64,000 nucleotides of DNA, from positions 2,880,001 to 2,944,000 of the forward strand of contig OY759316.1 in NCBI GenBank assembly GCA_963662275.1. Direction: 5' to 3'. Origin of the DNA: Candidatus Cloacimonadales bacterium. GTDB taxonomy: Bacteria; Cloacimonadota; Cloacimonadia; Cloacimonadales; DAONDQ01. A program made the translations under genes and the position numbers. The notes under the pieces were generated by a model. The model was given only the letters and a program-made list of their open reading frames with translations, ran no database searches and had not been told where the DNA came from. This document shows, piece by piece, positions 20,150 through 30,600 of the stretch (position 1 is the first letter of the stretch; each line of letters starts with the position of its first letter).

Positions 20150-23100
20150 ATGAAGAAAAAACACTTCTTTCTCATGTGCTTTGTGATACTGATGGCAGGT
20201 TTGAATGGCTATACTTTTTATTCACCGACCATCAGGGCAGAATATTTGCGTGTTTTGGATGAACAAACTACTTGGAATTTACAAAATCAACCCATTATTA
20301 TTCAATCCGAGAAAGTGGTTCAGGATTCAGCGATATTACAGAAAGATATTGATTACTCGATTAACTACCAAACCGGACTACTGAAACTGAAAAAAGTACT
20401 ACCTGTGAATACACTGCTTGAAGTTCAGTACCAAATCTATCCTCCTTTCCTGTTGCAGAAATTCTATACGTACCAGGTTTTGAATTATTCAGATTCTTTG
20501 AAAATAAAAGAAATCAAGAGCAGGAATCCATTTCAGTCATCCGGTGAAAAAATCAATCTAACCGGTTCAAAGACGATATCTATCTCAATTGCCAATAACG
20601 AGGATTTTGACTTAAAACAATCCTTATTTTTGAAACTGGATGGAGAGCTTAGTGCCGATATGAAGATAGAAGCTCAATTATCAGATAGTCAATCCCCGAT
20701 AACACCGGAAGGTGATTCTCGTGAATTGAGCAGTCTTGACCAAGTGTTTATCCGACTTTATGGAAAGCATTATGAGTTTGCCTTTGGTGATTTGGAAATG
20801 AATTTCACAAATACGCGGATGATTAATTATAATCCAAAGTTTGAAGGTCTGAAGGTTAGTTATTTTGCCAAAAACAGCTTCGCCAGTGCATATGCTTTAT
20901 CCAAGGGAAAAAAGGCAGATATGAGTTTCCTGGGAGTGGAAGGAAAGCAAGGACCATATTACCTGACAGTTTCCAATAGTCCTCAGGGTGTTTTAATAGT
21001 TCCCGGGAGTGAAGAGGTATTCTTAGATGGAATCCAGGTACAGCGAGGTTCAGAATATACAATCGATTACAGTGAAGGAACGATAACCTTTAAATCGCTG
21101 ATTACTTCAAATACAAAAGTACTCGTGCATTTTCAATATTCAGATGCATTCTACAGACAGAATCTGTTTCTGAACTCTTCCGCCTGGAAAATTACAGATC
21201 ATTTACTAGTTACGGATCATCTGATTATGCAGACCGATGACAGGAAAAATCCAATAGAACAGAACCTGACTCCTGATGATATTCGTATCCTGAAAGAAGC
21301 AGGAGATAATCAGGCACATGGGAAAGGCATCTTCCAAGTCAATCCGGGAGAGGGATTATATGTAACAGTAAATCATGATTCAACAGATTCCTTAACTTTG
21401 GATACTGAAATTATCTATCAATATGTTGGTCCTAATAAAAATGGAGATTACCTGCTCTATTTCAGTTATGTTGGTGTCGGAAATGGAGATTATCAGCAGG
21501 TTGCACCTTCACAATATGAATGGGTGGGGCATAACAACGGTGAATGGATGCCCTGGAAGAACTTGCCATCTCCGCAATCCCAAGCTAATTATGATCTTCA
21601 ATTTGTCTATGACAGGGATACTTGGAAATTCGACATGGAAGGTTTATTCACTAATTATGATCAAAATACTTTTTCTTCTCAAGATGATGGTGATAATACC
21701 GGATTTGTGGGGCATTTCAATTTCCTTCTTAAACCTGATTATGATAAAGTGAATCCAGAGCTTGAAGCCTACTACCGTAAGAAAACAAGTAATGTGAAAG
21801 CATTCGGTGTTTTAACAGATGCCCAGGATGATTATGATCTTGTACAAGTACCGACTGCTGATTCTCTTGCCAGTGATGAATATGGAACTAAATTCCAATT
21901 GAATTTTCCTAATCTTTTTACTCCAATGTTTCGATATCGTTATCAATCAGTCAAAAATACATACACCCAGAATTACGGTTCATTCACCGGGAGCTTGAAG
22001 CAGAAATGGCTATTGCCAGAAACTTATTATCGTATCGTATATACGAAACAGGATTTTCAGGATAATACATTGTTACAATCAATTATCAATCGACAGGATT
22101 TCCGGGAAAGCCATCAAGTGAGTATCTTCCATTTTGGCTCACAATTCCAGAGATACATTTACGAGAATCACTATTTATACAATTCTAAGAATGGAACTCT
22201 TTTTTCCCAGGATGGCTACTTTGTCGGTTTAAATAAACAGAAGCTTTATTCAGCACAAGTCACTTATGGCAATGATAAAAACTCTGTTGAAAACGGAACA
22301 TCAAACCATTGGGTCAAACAGAAGCAGTCCAATACTGTAACAGTCAACCAGGTACTGAATACAAGCAATCATACTTTACGGCTTGATTATACGCATCGTC
22401 GTTCTCAGACAACCCTGGAAGAAGAAGAGGATCAGAAGTATGATCTAGTTGAATTACACAGTACTCATAATCTGGTAAAACACGCAATTACCGGTACAAC
22501 AAGTTACCAAGTGAATAACCTCGAGTTTTATCCAAAGGTCAGGAAGCTGGTATACATTGGTAATGATCTTGGTTCCTATGATAGTACAGGTGTTTTTGTT
22601 TCAAATGGTGATTACAACTATGACATGGTGAATGTGGGGAAAGCAGAACTCTCCACTGAAGTGAATACTGAGGCAACTGTTAATATCACTCCTATTGAGA
22701 TACCCGGGATTCAGAAGAATAGCTTTTTTGCCAAAATGCAATCAGAAACATATACGCAGATAAACGAGAATTCACGTTCTGCAACCAAGGTTCCGATTTA
22801 CCTTATGAATCCTGAATACCTGATGAACCAGAAGTATACGATCTATGGAAAGCAGATATTTCGGCAAACCTTATGGTATAATCTGATACCAAAAACAAGT
22901 TTGACTAAATTGAAATATCAAAGGGAACGAAGCCTGGATAATCGTTATAATGAGAATAGTTGGAATAGTAAGGTTTTCTGGGAAAGCATGCTCCGTTATA
23001 ATCATTTAATCGGGGCTGACTGGGAACTTACAGGCGAATGGAATCACGAGCTGGATTCAAGATACAAATCAGATATCAGGATTCAGCGTATGGGACTTGA

Positions 23101-23473
23101 TATCCGACAAAGGAAATCCAATCAATTGATCTTGGAAACGGACTTCACTTTTAGTGAAGAAAATGGACAAGGAGTCGGACTTACAACGAATTATCATCTT
23201 ACAGGTATCGGAGCTTCAGAGTCTGTAACGCTATTCTGGAAGCAGAATTACCGCATCTTCAGTAAAATTGATATACGCCATAATCAACGTTCAGGCTCCA
23301 GTTATCTTGGTTTCCTTCCTGAAAAAAAAGCAGGTATGATCATATTATGGAATCTTTCAATCAATTATAAAATGAATAGCTATACAACAGCAGCCTTGGA
23401 TTATGCTGGTAATCAATATCCTAATCAACAGGTCATTCATAAGGCAACGATGGAGCTGAGAGCAGAGTTCTAG
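20150..23473 (+). CDS. Hypothetical outer-membrane protein (probable beta-barrel)
   Basis: Signal peptide, two DYxI(N/D)YxxG motifs, amphipathic beta-rich C-terminal half, terminal Phe (LRAEF). Confidence 0.7.
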   Translation: MKKKHFFLMCFVILMAGLNGYTFYSPTIRAEYLRVLDEQTTWNLQNQPIIIQSEKVVQDSAILQKDIDYSINYQTGLLKLKKVLPVNTLLEVQYQIYPPFLLQKFYTYQVLNYSDSLKIKEIKSRNPFQSSGEKINLTGSKTISISIANNEDFDLKQSLFLKLDGELSADMKIEAQLSDSQSPITPEGDSRELSSLDQVFIRLYGKHYEFAFGDLEMNFTNTRMINYNPKFEGLKVSYFAKNSFASAYALSKGKKADMSFLGVEGKQGPYYLTVSNSPQGVLIVPGSEEVFLDGIQVQRGSEYTIDYSEGTITFKSLITSNTKVLVHFQYSDAFYRQNLFLNSSAWKITDHLLVTDHLIMQTDDRKNPIEQNLTPDDIRILKEAGDNQAHGKGIFQVNPGEGLYVTVNHDSTDSLTLDTEIIYQYVGPNKNGDYLLYFSYVGVGNGDYQQVAPSQYEWVGHNNGEWMPWKNLPSPQSQANYDLQFVYDRDTWKFDMEGLFTNYDQNTFSSQDDGDNTGFVGHFNFLLKPDYDKVNPELEAYYRKKTSNVKAFGVLTDAQDDYDLVQVPTADSLASDEYGTKFQLNFPNLFTPMFRYRYQSVKNTYTQNYGSFTGSLKQKWLLPETYYRIVYTKQDFQDNTLLQSIINRQDFRESHQVSIFHFGSQFQRYIYENHYLYNSKNGTLFSQDGYFVGLNKQKLYSAQVTYGNDKNSVENGTSNHWVKQKQSNTVTVNQVLNTSNHTLRLDYTHRRSQTTLEEEEDQKYDLVELHSTHNLVKHAITGTTSYQVNNLEFYPKVRKLVYIGNDLGSYDSTGVFVSNGDYNYDMVNVGKAELSTEVNTEATVNITPIEIPGIQKNSFFAKMQSETYTQINENSRSATKVPIYLMNPEYLMNQKYTIYGKQIFRQTLWYNLIPKTSLTKLKYQRERSLDNRYNENSWNSKVFWESMLRYNHLIGADWELTGEWNHELDSRYKSDIRIQRMGLDIRQRKSNQLILETDFTFSEENGQGVGLTTNYHLTGIGASESVTLFWKQNYRIFSKIDIRHNQRSGSSYLGFLPEKKAGMIILWNLSINYKMNSYTTAALDYAGNQYPNQQVIHKATMELRAEF

Positions 23474-23490
23474 GAAGTACGAAGTTCGAA

Positions 23491-24420
23491 TTACGAAGTA
23501 CGAAGTTGCAGAGCATGCAGATTGCGTAGGATATGACCATGCAATTCTGGAAAACCAAATTGTTCAAAACGTACTTTCAGAGAATCAGGCAATTCGTTGA
23601 ACTCGTTAGTGTTTAAAAGAATCTCAGTTTCAGTTTCATCGAAACCTGGTAAAGATTCAGTATCATTCACAAATTGACTGTTAGCAGGACAGATATCCTG
23701 GCATTTAATGCAACCCAGCCAGCAGTTATGCCATTCTGGTTTAATCCAATCAGGAAAGACACCAGGATTGCGATTAAAATATGTAAGACATTTCTCTCCA
23801 TGGATGAGAATCCTGTCATCACTGATTGCTTCAGTAGGGCAGTTTGCAATGCACGACCTGCAGTTCGTGCATTCTTGCATCAGTTCCGCTTCCTGCCAGT
23901 AATCCTGTTCATAAGGCAGGTCTGTGATAAAAGAACCCAGGAAATGATGACTTCCGAAGCCTTCTACATAAGATATATTATTTCTGCCATACTTCGCAAG
24001 TCCTGTTCTTGCAGCTAACAACTTAACAGAAACGATAATTCGTTCGCATTTGTATCCCAACGGAGCTAGGGTTTCCCCAATAGTTCTTTGCAAATTGACC
24101 TGCTTACTGCGGAACTTCACATATCCGGGGGGAAGCAATACTTCATGATTCTTTCCTCTATATCGAAAATTCACTCTATGGCAGGGATTATACTGAGAAG
24201 CAACGATGACTGATTTCATCTCAGGGAACTTGTCCAGTAATTGAAAATTATATGCATAAGCTACATATTCAGCAAAATCACTGTCTGAAATATCTTTTTC
24301 AAGAGTATTGTTTATTTGGTCAGCCAATTCCTGTAATCGTGTAATTTGTACGATTCGATATAGAATACCATGTTTATTCATTTCTGATGCGAATTGCTCT
24401 TGCTTTTCCTTAATTATCAT
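23491..24420 (-). CDS. Epoxyqueuosine reductase (QueG)-like 2x[4Fe-4S] protein
   Basis: AARTGLAKYGRNN, FGS, CTNCRSCIANCPTEA, GCIKCQDICP. Confidence 0.75.
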   Translation of the reverse strand: MIIKEKQEQFASEMNKHGILYRIVQITRLQELADQINNTLEKDISDSDFAEYVAYAYNFQLLDKFPEMKSVIVASQYNPCHRVNFRYRGKNHEVLLPPGYVKFRSKQVNLQRTIGETLAPLGYKCERIIVSVKLLAARTGLAKYGRNNISYVEGFGSHHFLGSFITDLPYEQDYWQEAELMQECTNCRSCIANCPTEAISDDRILIHGEKCLTYFNRNPGVFPDWIKPEWHNCWLGCIKCQDICPANSQFVNDTESLPGFDETETEILLNTNEFNELPDSLKVRFEQFGFPELHGHILRNLHALQLRTS

Positions 24421-24459
24421 TTGAATTATTCCTTTTGTAATTAGATAATAGCTACCATG

Positions 24460-25356
24460 TTATCCATTTGGCAACTTGGCATGTTTTTCCGTGATTTTGA
24501 ATCTTTCTTTAAACAAGATATATCCATCCTCGAAAGTGCAGGGAAAACCAATGAAGGAATCCATCATTAAACCTATGGGGCATCTTTTGAAATAGAGCAT
24601 TGCTCTTTGCAGCAGATGCTCATCTTTTTCACCGTTATACAGATCGAAAACACGATTGGTGAAATCAGTTCCATAGCATAATAAGCTGGCAAAATCTATT
24701 GCCGGGTCTCCGTATGAACAATCTGAAAAATCTATGATATTAATTTGTTTCTGCTTAGAATCCCACAGTATATGCTCATCTGTCAGGTCATTGTGAACAA
24801 GTGATTTAGAATAGATATAATCAAGAGAGCCTTTTAGTTCAGTAAAATATTCTTCGATTAACTGTATATCTTCTTTTGCTAACTTGGGTAGAAGTATCTT
24901 TCGGATATCTCGAAGAAATGCATCATAATGTTTCTTTGGATCACCAATTTCTATCTTGCACCTGTTTATTATTTCTCGTGGAGTCGCATGAAGAGTGTTT
25001 ATAAATTCAGCAATTTGTTTAGCTACCGATTCTTTATCCGTGATAGTTAATCTCTTGAATAGGGAAACATTAAGCTCCTTGCCTTTTAAAATATCATAGC
25101 CGGCGAGAGAATGATCTTTTGAGAAAAATCTATATTCAGGAATACTGACCTTGAGTTTGGGTTTCAGATAATTCAGTAATTCAATTTCACTTGTGAAGTA
25201 ATTTTGATAATGCACATCCTTTGAAGCACGGATGACTATCTTTTCATCAAGAATAATAACGTCATGATCCCAACCATTAGTTAGATATTGATAACTTTTC
25301 CACTCGATTTCAGGAAATTCGTCTCTGATTCGTTGTAAGTAGAAATCAATTTTCAT
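24460..25356 (-). CDS. APH/choline-kinase-family phosphotransferase
   Basis: GWDH, LVHNDL..EHIL and IIDFSD...GDPAIDF motifs. Confidence 0.85.
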   Translation of the reverse strand: MKIDFYLQRIRDEFPEIEWKSYQYLTNGWDHDVIILDEKIVIRASKDVHYQNYFTSEIELLNYLKPKLKVSIPEYRFFSKDHSLAGYDILKGKELNVSLFKRLTITDKESVAKQIAEFINTLHATPREIINRCKIEIGDPKKHYDAFLRDIRKILLPKLAKEDIQLIEEYFTELKGSLDYIYSKSLVHNDLTDEHILWDSKQKQINIIDFSDCSYGDPAIDFASLLCYGTDFTNRVFDLYNGEKDEHLLQRAMLYFKRCPIGLMMDSFIGFPCTFEDGYILFKERFKITEKHAKLPNG

Positions 25357-27080
25357 AAAATACTACCATCTAAAGCTTTTTTTCCTTCAGCGAGTACAAA
25401 ATACATCTTCATTTTCCCCTTGCCTTTGATCTCAGATTCAGAACGTTCTTCACAAATGAAATCATCCTTGATTAGCTGGTACACATCTTCGCTGATGTTG
25501 ATATAATTCACTTCTGAATTTGATTCCATTCGACTGGCAGTATTGATAGTATCACCAAATACATCGTAGATATACTTCTTGATACCGACAATTCCTCCAA
25601 CCACAAAGCCAGTATGCATGCCGATGCGGATATTCCATTTTCGCTCATTGTTTGAATTTCTTTCCTCAAGGTATGACAATATTCCTATGGCAACTTTGGT
25701 CATTCTGATAGCATGGTCAGGTTGTGTGATAGGTAAACCGCAAACGGCAAGATATGCATCTCCAATTGTCTTAATACGTTCACAGCCAAATTCTTCCACA
25801 AGGTTATCGAAAGCTGTAAATATCTCTGAAAGATCTGCTATCAACTCTGCGGGGTCAATCGTGGAAGACATATTTGTAAAGTTCGCAAAGTCGGAAAACA
25901 ATACAGTTACATTCTTGAAAGTCTGAGGCGTAGCTTTACCAAATCTTTTCAGTTCCCTGGCAACTTGGCGAGGAAGGATGTTGAGTAAGAGCTTCTCTGA
26001 TTTGCGTTTTTCCTTCACAATAAAGAAAGTTGCTATCAAACCTAACAGGATAAAGGCAACCAATCCTGCTAGCTGCATTCTTTGCTTCTGAAGATTCAAT
26101 CTGAGTATGCGATTTTCCAATTCTTGCTTCTCAACGGCAAATTGCGTTTGCAGGTTAGCAATATTACGGTTGGTTTCTTCATTGGAAAGGCTATCTCTTA
26201 CGTCTGTATAAAGCTTATAAAACTGAAGCGATTTTAAAGTATTACCCTGCTGCTTATAAATCAGATAACGGTTAAAATAGATATCCCTGGCAACACTAGG
26301 TGCACCAACTTTACGAGAAAGCGTATAAGCTTCATTATAATAATCCAGGGCTGTTGGAATGTTCTGCTTCAATTGGTACAAATATCCTACAATAAGAAGG
26401 TTGACTGCCACTCGCATATCATCATTGTTTGAACGATACAATGCCAATGACTGAAGATTATAGACCAGTGAAGAATCGATTTCTGATTGCATGAGGAAAT
26501 AATTTCCAATATTGTTGAGAGAGTGTGCCTCACCTTCAGTATATTTTACTGTTCTGCACAAAGTAAGAGCTTGTTGATAATAATTATATGCCTTAACAGG
26601 ATTTTTCAGATAATGCAAAGTGAAAATACCTATGTTATTCAACGCATCTGCCAGAGCTTTCTTATCACCCGATTGCCGTCTCAGTTGAAGTGATTGGGTA
26701 AAGTATTCTTTTACTTTATCACCGCTTTGCAGCCTTAAGTAAATATAGCCCATCTGTTCTAAAGCATCTGCCTTACCCTTATTATCATGCGTTGCTTCAA
26801 ATCCCTGTAGTGCCTGGTGACATCGTTCCAGAGCCTTATCATTGGCACCGGCTTTAAAATATCCCTTTGAAAGATAAAGCTGTGCCTTTGCTACTGCATT
26901 GGTATTGTTCTCTTGCTGTGCCAAGAGCAGTGCTTTCCCGGCATAATCCATAGCTTTATCAACAGATTGCTTCAGATTTTGATCTGCCAAAGTTAACAAT
27001 CCGCTGATTTCAGAAGATTTGTCAGCAGTTAAAAACAGACAACGACATAGTAATAGACAGATAAGCAAGTATTTATTCAT
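25353..27080 (-). CDS. Membrane-anchored class III adenylate/guanylate cyclase with extracytoplasmic TPR repeats
   Basis: Signal peptide, TPRs, one TM segment, LLLNILP, VLFSDFANFT, KTIGDAY, YDVFGDTINTASRMES. Confidence 0.92.
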   Translation of the reverse strand: MNKYLLICLLLCRCLFLTADKSSEISGLLTLADQNLKQSVDKAMDYAGKALLLAQQENNTNAVAKAQLYLSKGYFKAGANDKALERCHQALQGFEATHDNKGKADALEQMGYIYLRLQSGDKVKEYFTQSLQLRRQSGDKKALADALNNIGIFTLHYLKNPVKAYNYYQQALTLCRTVKYTEGEAHSLNNIGNYFLMQSEIDSSLVYNLQSLALYRSNNDDMRVAVNLLIVGYLYQLKQNIPTALDYYNEAYTLSRKVGAPSVARDIYFNRYLIYKQQGNTLKSLQFYKLYTDVRDSLSNEETNRNIANLQTQFAVEKQELENRILRLNLQKQRMQLAGLVAFILLGLIATFFIVKEKRKSEKLLLNILPRQVARELKRFGKATPQTFKNVTVLFSDFANFTNMSSTIDPAELIADLSEIFTAFDNLVEEFGCERIKTIGDAYLAVCGLPITQPDHAIRMTKVAIGILSYLEERNSNNERKWNIRIGMHTGFVVGGIVGIKKYIYDVFGDTINTASRMESNSEVNYINISEDVYQLIKDDFICEERSESEIKGKGKMKMYFVLAEGKKALDGSIL

Positions 27081-27287
27081 GAAATAAAACTATTAATTTT
27101 CAAGCTTCTCGTCAACAAAATAAACAGGGAACAGAATAAAAAGCTTATAGCTAGGCACGAAAATCTCTTCTCTAAGGGAGGAGTGGCAGTATATCAAAGA
27201 CATAATAACTTCCTTAAACTGCAAGAAATGTATCTACAGCGTATAGAATAAAAAAACGAAATAATAAAAGAGATTTGCACTTTCAAA

Positions 27288-27336
27288 GGATGCTGTATGG
27301 ATACTTTATCGATGCTTTATGCATGCTGTATGAATC
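27288..27336. repeat. 11-bp tandem repeat (~4 units)
   Basis: ggatgctgtat/ggatactttat/cgatgctttat/gcatgctgtat. Confidence 0.6.
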
Positions 27337-27626
27337 CAAAATATTACATGTGCAAGTTAAGTCTCTTTTCAAGATTCTACCGTGAATGATCTGCCCCCGT
27401 AGAGCCAGTTAAAACTATATTCTAGCACTGAACAAATCTGTGGATGAGTGAAAGTCCAAACAGTTCTAACAATACTGTGAAAACAATTTGTATGCAATCA
27501 CAAAAAATATATTTTTAATTCTTGACTTAAAATAATAACATAGGTAAATACTGAATCATATTCATTTATTAAATCCTATGTGGGTTTTATACAATTATGA
27601 CTACAATAACTACCGGGAGGTGTTGT

Positions 27627-30600
27627 GTGAAGAACATTCTTTGTGTTTTGGTTTTCATTATTTTGTGTTGTATGAATTGCTTCTGTTTTGGCGCGAATAA
27701 GGTCTCAAAAACTAATTTGTCAAATCATAAACAAATAGCCATTCCACAAATAGGACAATTCAATAAAACAGATTTCAGGGATGCAAATCCCCCTAGTGAT
27801 GTAACGATTTCTGTCAATGCAGGGATTGTCACTTTATCTTGGTCAGCAGTTTTTAATGCTGCCAGTTATAAAGTAGAAGCTTCGAATACAAATAATCGAG
27901 GTTTTACTGATGTTACTACATCGGGGACATTCAATATTCAAACCGGCATTATTAGTTGGTCAAAATCTGTTACGGAAGATTATGCATTTTTTAGAATTAG
28001 ATCTTTTACCAGTCCGATTCCAAGTAATTTTGTTTTGGTTCAGCGCGGTACTTTTTTTAATGGAACATCTGATGTGACAATTTCATCATTCTATATGAAT
28101 AAATATGAAATTACACAGTCTGAATTCATGGCTGTAATGGGGATGAATCCCTCAAGTTATTATGGGATTTATGGAATAGGAGATGATTTTCCCGTTTACA
28201 ACATCACTTGGGCAAATGCAATCGTTTATTGCAACAAGAGAAGTATTAGCGAAGGATTGACTCCATGTTATAGCTATACAGAACCATATGATGGAACAAA
28301 TTATGGGTCAAATCCCACTAGTTGGCCAACGGATTGGTATTTGGAGGTTTGGATTCCTGAGACCCCCCCTATACCTTCATATTCGTATCAGAAATCCTGG
28401 GGCTTAGCATGTAATTGGGAAGCAAATGGTTATCGCTTACCAACAGAAATGGAGTGGATGTTTGCTGCACGAGGAGGAAATTTATCTCATGACTATTTCT
28501 ATAGTGGAGGAAATGAAATAGATTCTGTTGCCTGGTGGGGAGGAACTAACTTTGGAGGTAATTCTTCTGATTCGATACATGTAGTAGGAACAAAATCTCC
28601 AAATGAACTGGGTCTCTATGATCTGAGTGGTAACGTTAATGAATGGTGTTGGGATATGTACGATATCTATCCAGCAGGAGCACAAGTCAATCCCCATGGA
28701 CCGACATTGCAGAATACTCGTGTCTTCCGAGGTGGTTGCTGTGAAAGTGCGGCATCGAATTGCTTAGTTTCATATCGTAATGACAATTCAATCGATGGAA
28801 ACGTTTCTGAAATCGGCTTCCGAATCTGTCTGAATGATCCAAATACGGTCCTGCCTCCCACGTTTTCTCCTGTTACAGGGACATACTTAATTCCCCAAAA
28901 TGTGAGTATTACTTCAAATACTTTCGGTGCAACTATTCGCTACACAATCGATGGTTCTACACCTTCTACCACAACTGGCATGATTTACAGCTCTCCTATC
29001 CTGGTGGATCATACACTTTCGATCAAAGCAATTGCATATAAAAGCGGATATACTACTTCCGAAATAACCAGTGCTTTGTATACGATCAATCTCACAGTAA
29101 CGAAACCGACCTTCTCTCCTCCCGGCGGACAGTATAGCAGTTCCCAATCAGTTAGTATCATATGTCCGATTACTGGGGCTCAGATCAGATATACGACAGA
29201 TGGCAGCAATCCTACTGAAAGCTCGAGCCTGTATCAAAATCCTATTAGTGTGAATCAGTTCACGACCATTAAAGCCAAGGCATACAAAACGGGATGGACT
29301 GCATCTCAAATATCGACAGCAGTCTATACATTCAGTTCTGACTTTGCGCTTGTGACAGGGGGCATCTATAATACTGGATTGGGCACCATTACTGTTCCAA
29401 GTTTCTATGTGGAAAAACATGAAATTACTAAAGATGAATATGAAGCTATTATGTTTTACAGTTCCTCTGTTTTCACTGGAGTTCTTAATGGACCTGTAAA
29501 TAATGTCACATGGTTCAACGCAATTGAGTATTGTAATAGAAGAAGTATTCAAGAAGGACTTACTCCTTGCTACAGTTTCAATAATGGAACAGATTATGGA
29601 ACGAATCCTTCCTATTGGCCTCTGGATTGGAACCAGGAATGGTATGAAGAAGGATATTCTGAAGTCCGTAATTACTCCATGTATGTGTTATGCAATTGGA
29701 ATGCCAGTGGTTATCGTCTTCCATCAACTTCTGAATGGGTTTTTGCATCCCGTGGTGGAAACCTGACTCATAATTATTCCTTCAGTGGAAGCAACACAAT
29801 TGGAGATGTTTCCTGGTATCTAACGAATTCCATTAACACAACACATAGTGTAGGCTTAAAAACAGCCAATGAGCTTGGCATATTCGATATGTCGGGCAAC
29901 GTCTGGGAATGGTGTTGGGATGCATATTTTGATGAAATGAACATGACTCCCAGTATGGGTGAAAGTCATTATCTTGAAGGTGGAAGCTGGAATAGCGAAA
30001 GCTACAACATGTATTCATCTTGGGATAATGCTTTGAGTTATAATAATTATTCCGGTTTCAGGATATACCGTCGCGATCCTAATATGGTGGCAATTCCATC
30101 ATTTTCACCTGCCGGAGGGGCATACTCGAGTACACAGACAGTAAGTATCTCATGTACAATTCCCGGAGTACAGATACGTTATACAACCAATGGTACAGAA
30201 CCAACTGAATCCTCTTCACTATATAATTCAGCACTCACGATTTCTCAGACGACAATCTTAAAAGCAAGAGCTTTTAAATCAGGTTTTACACCTTCGGAAA
30301 TCAAGGCAGCAGGATATGTAATTGGTTCTCCATCCTCACAAATGGTAACAGTTACGGGAGGAACATTCAACAACGGATTTGAGGATGTCACAATCTCTAC
30401 TTTCATGATGAATAAATATGAAGTTTCTCAAGCTTCATTCCTGGCAGTGATGGGATATAACCCATCGTATTGTTATGGTGTCAGTGCCAACTATCCCGTT
30501 TATTACATCACCTGGTTCAATGCAATTGAGTATTGCAACAAACGCAGCATAACTGAAGGTTTGACTCCTTGCTATCGTTTTAATAACGGTACTGATTATG

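Noticed and set aside
24460..25356. Bona fide aminoglycoside resistance gene
   Set aside because: Only family-level kinase motifs are visible, so the substrate cannot be assigned.
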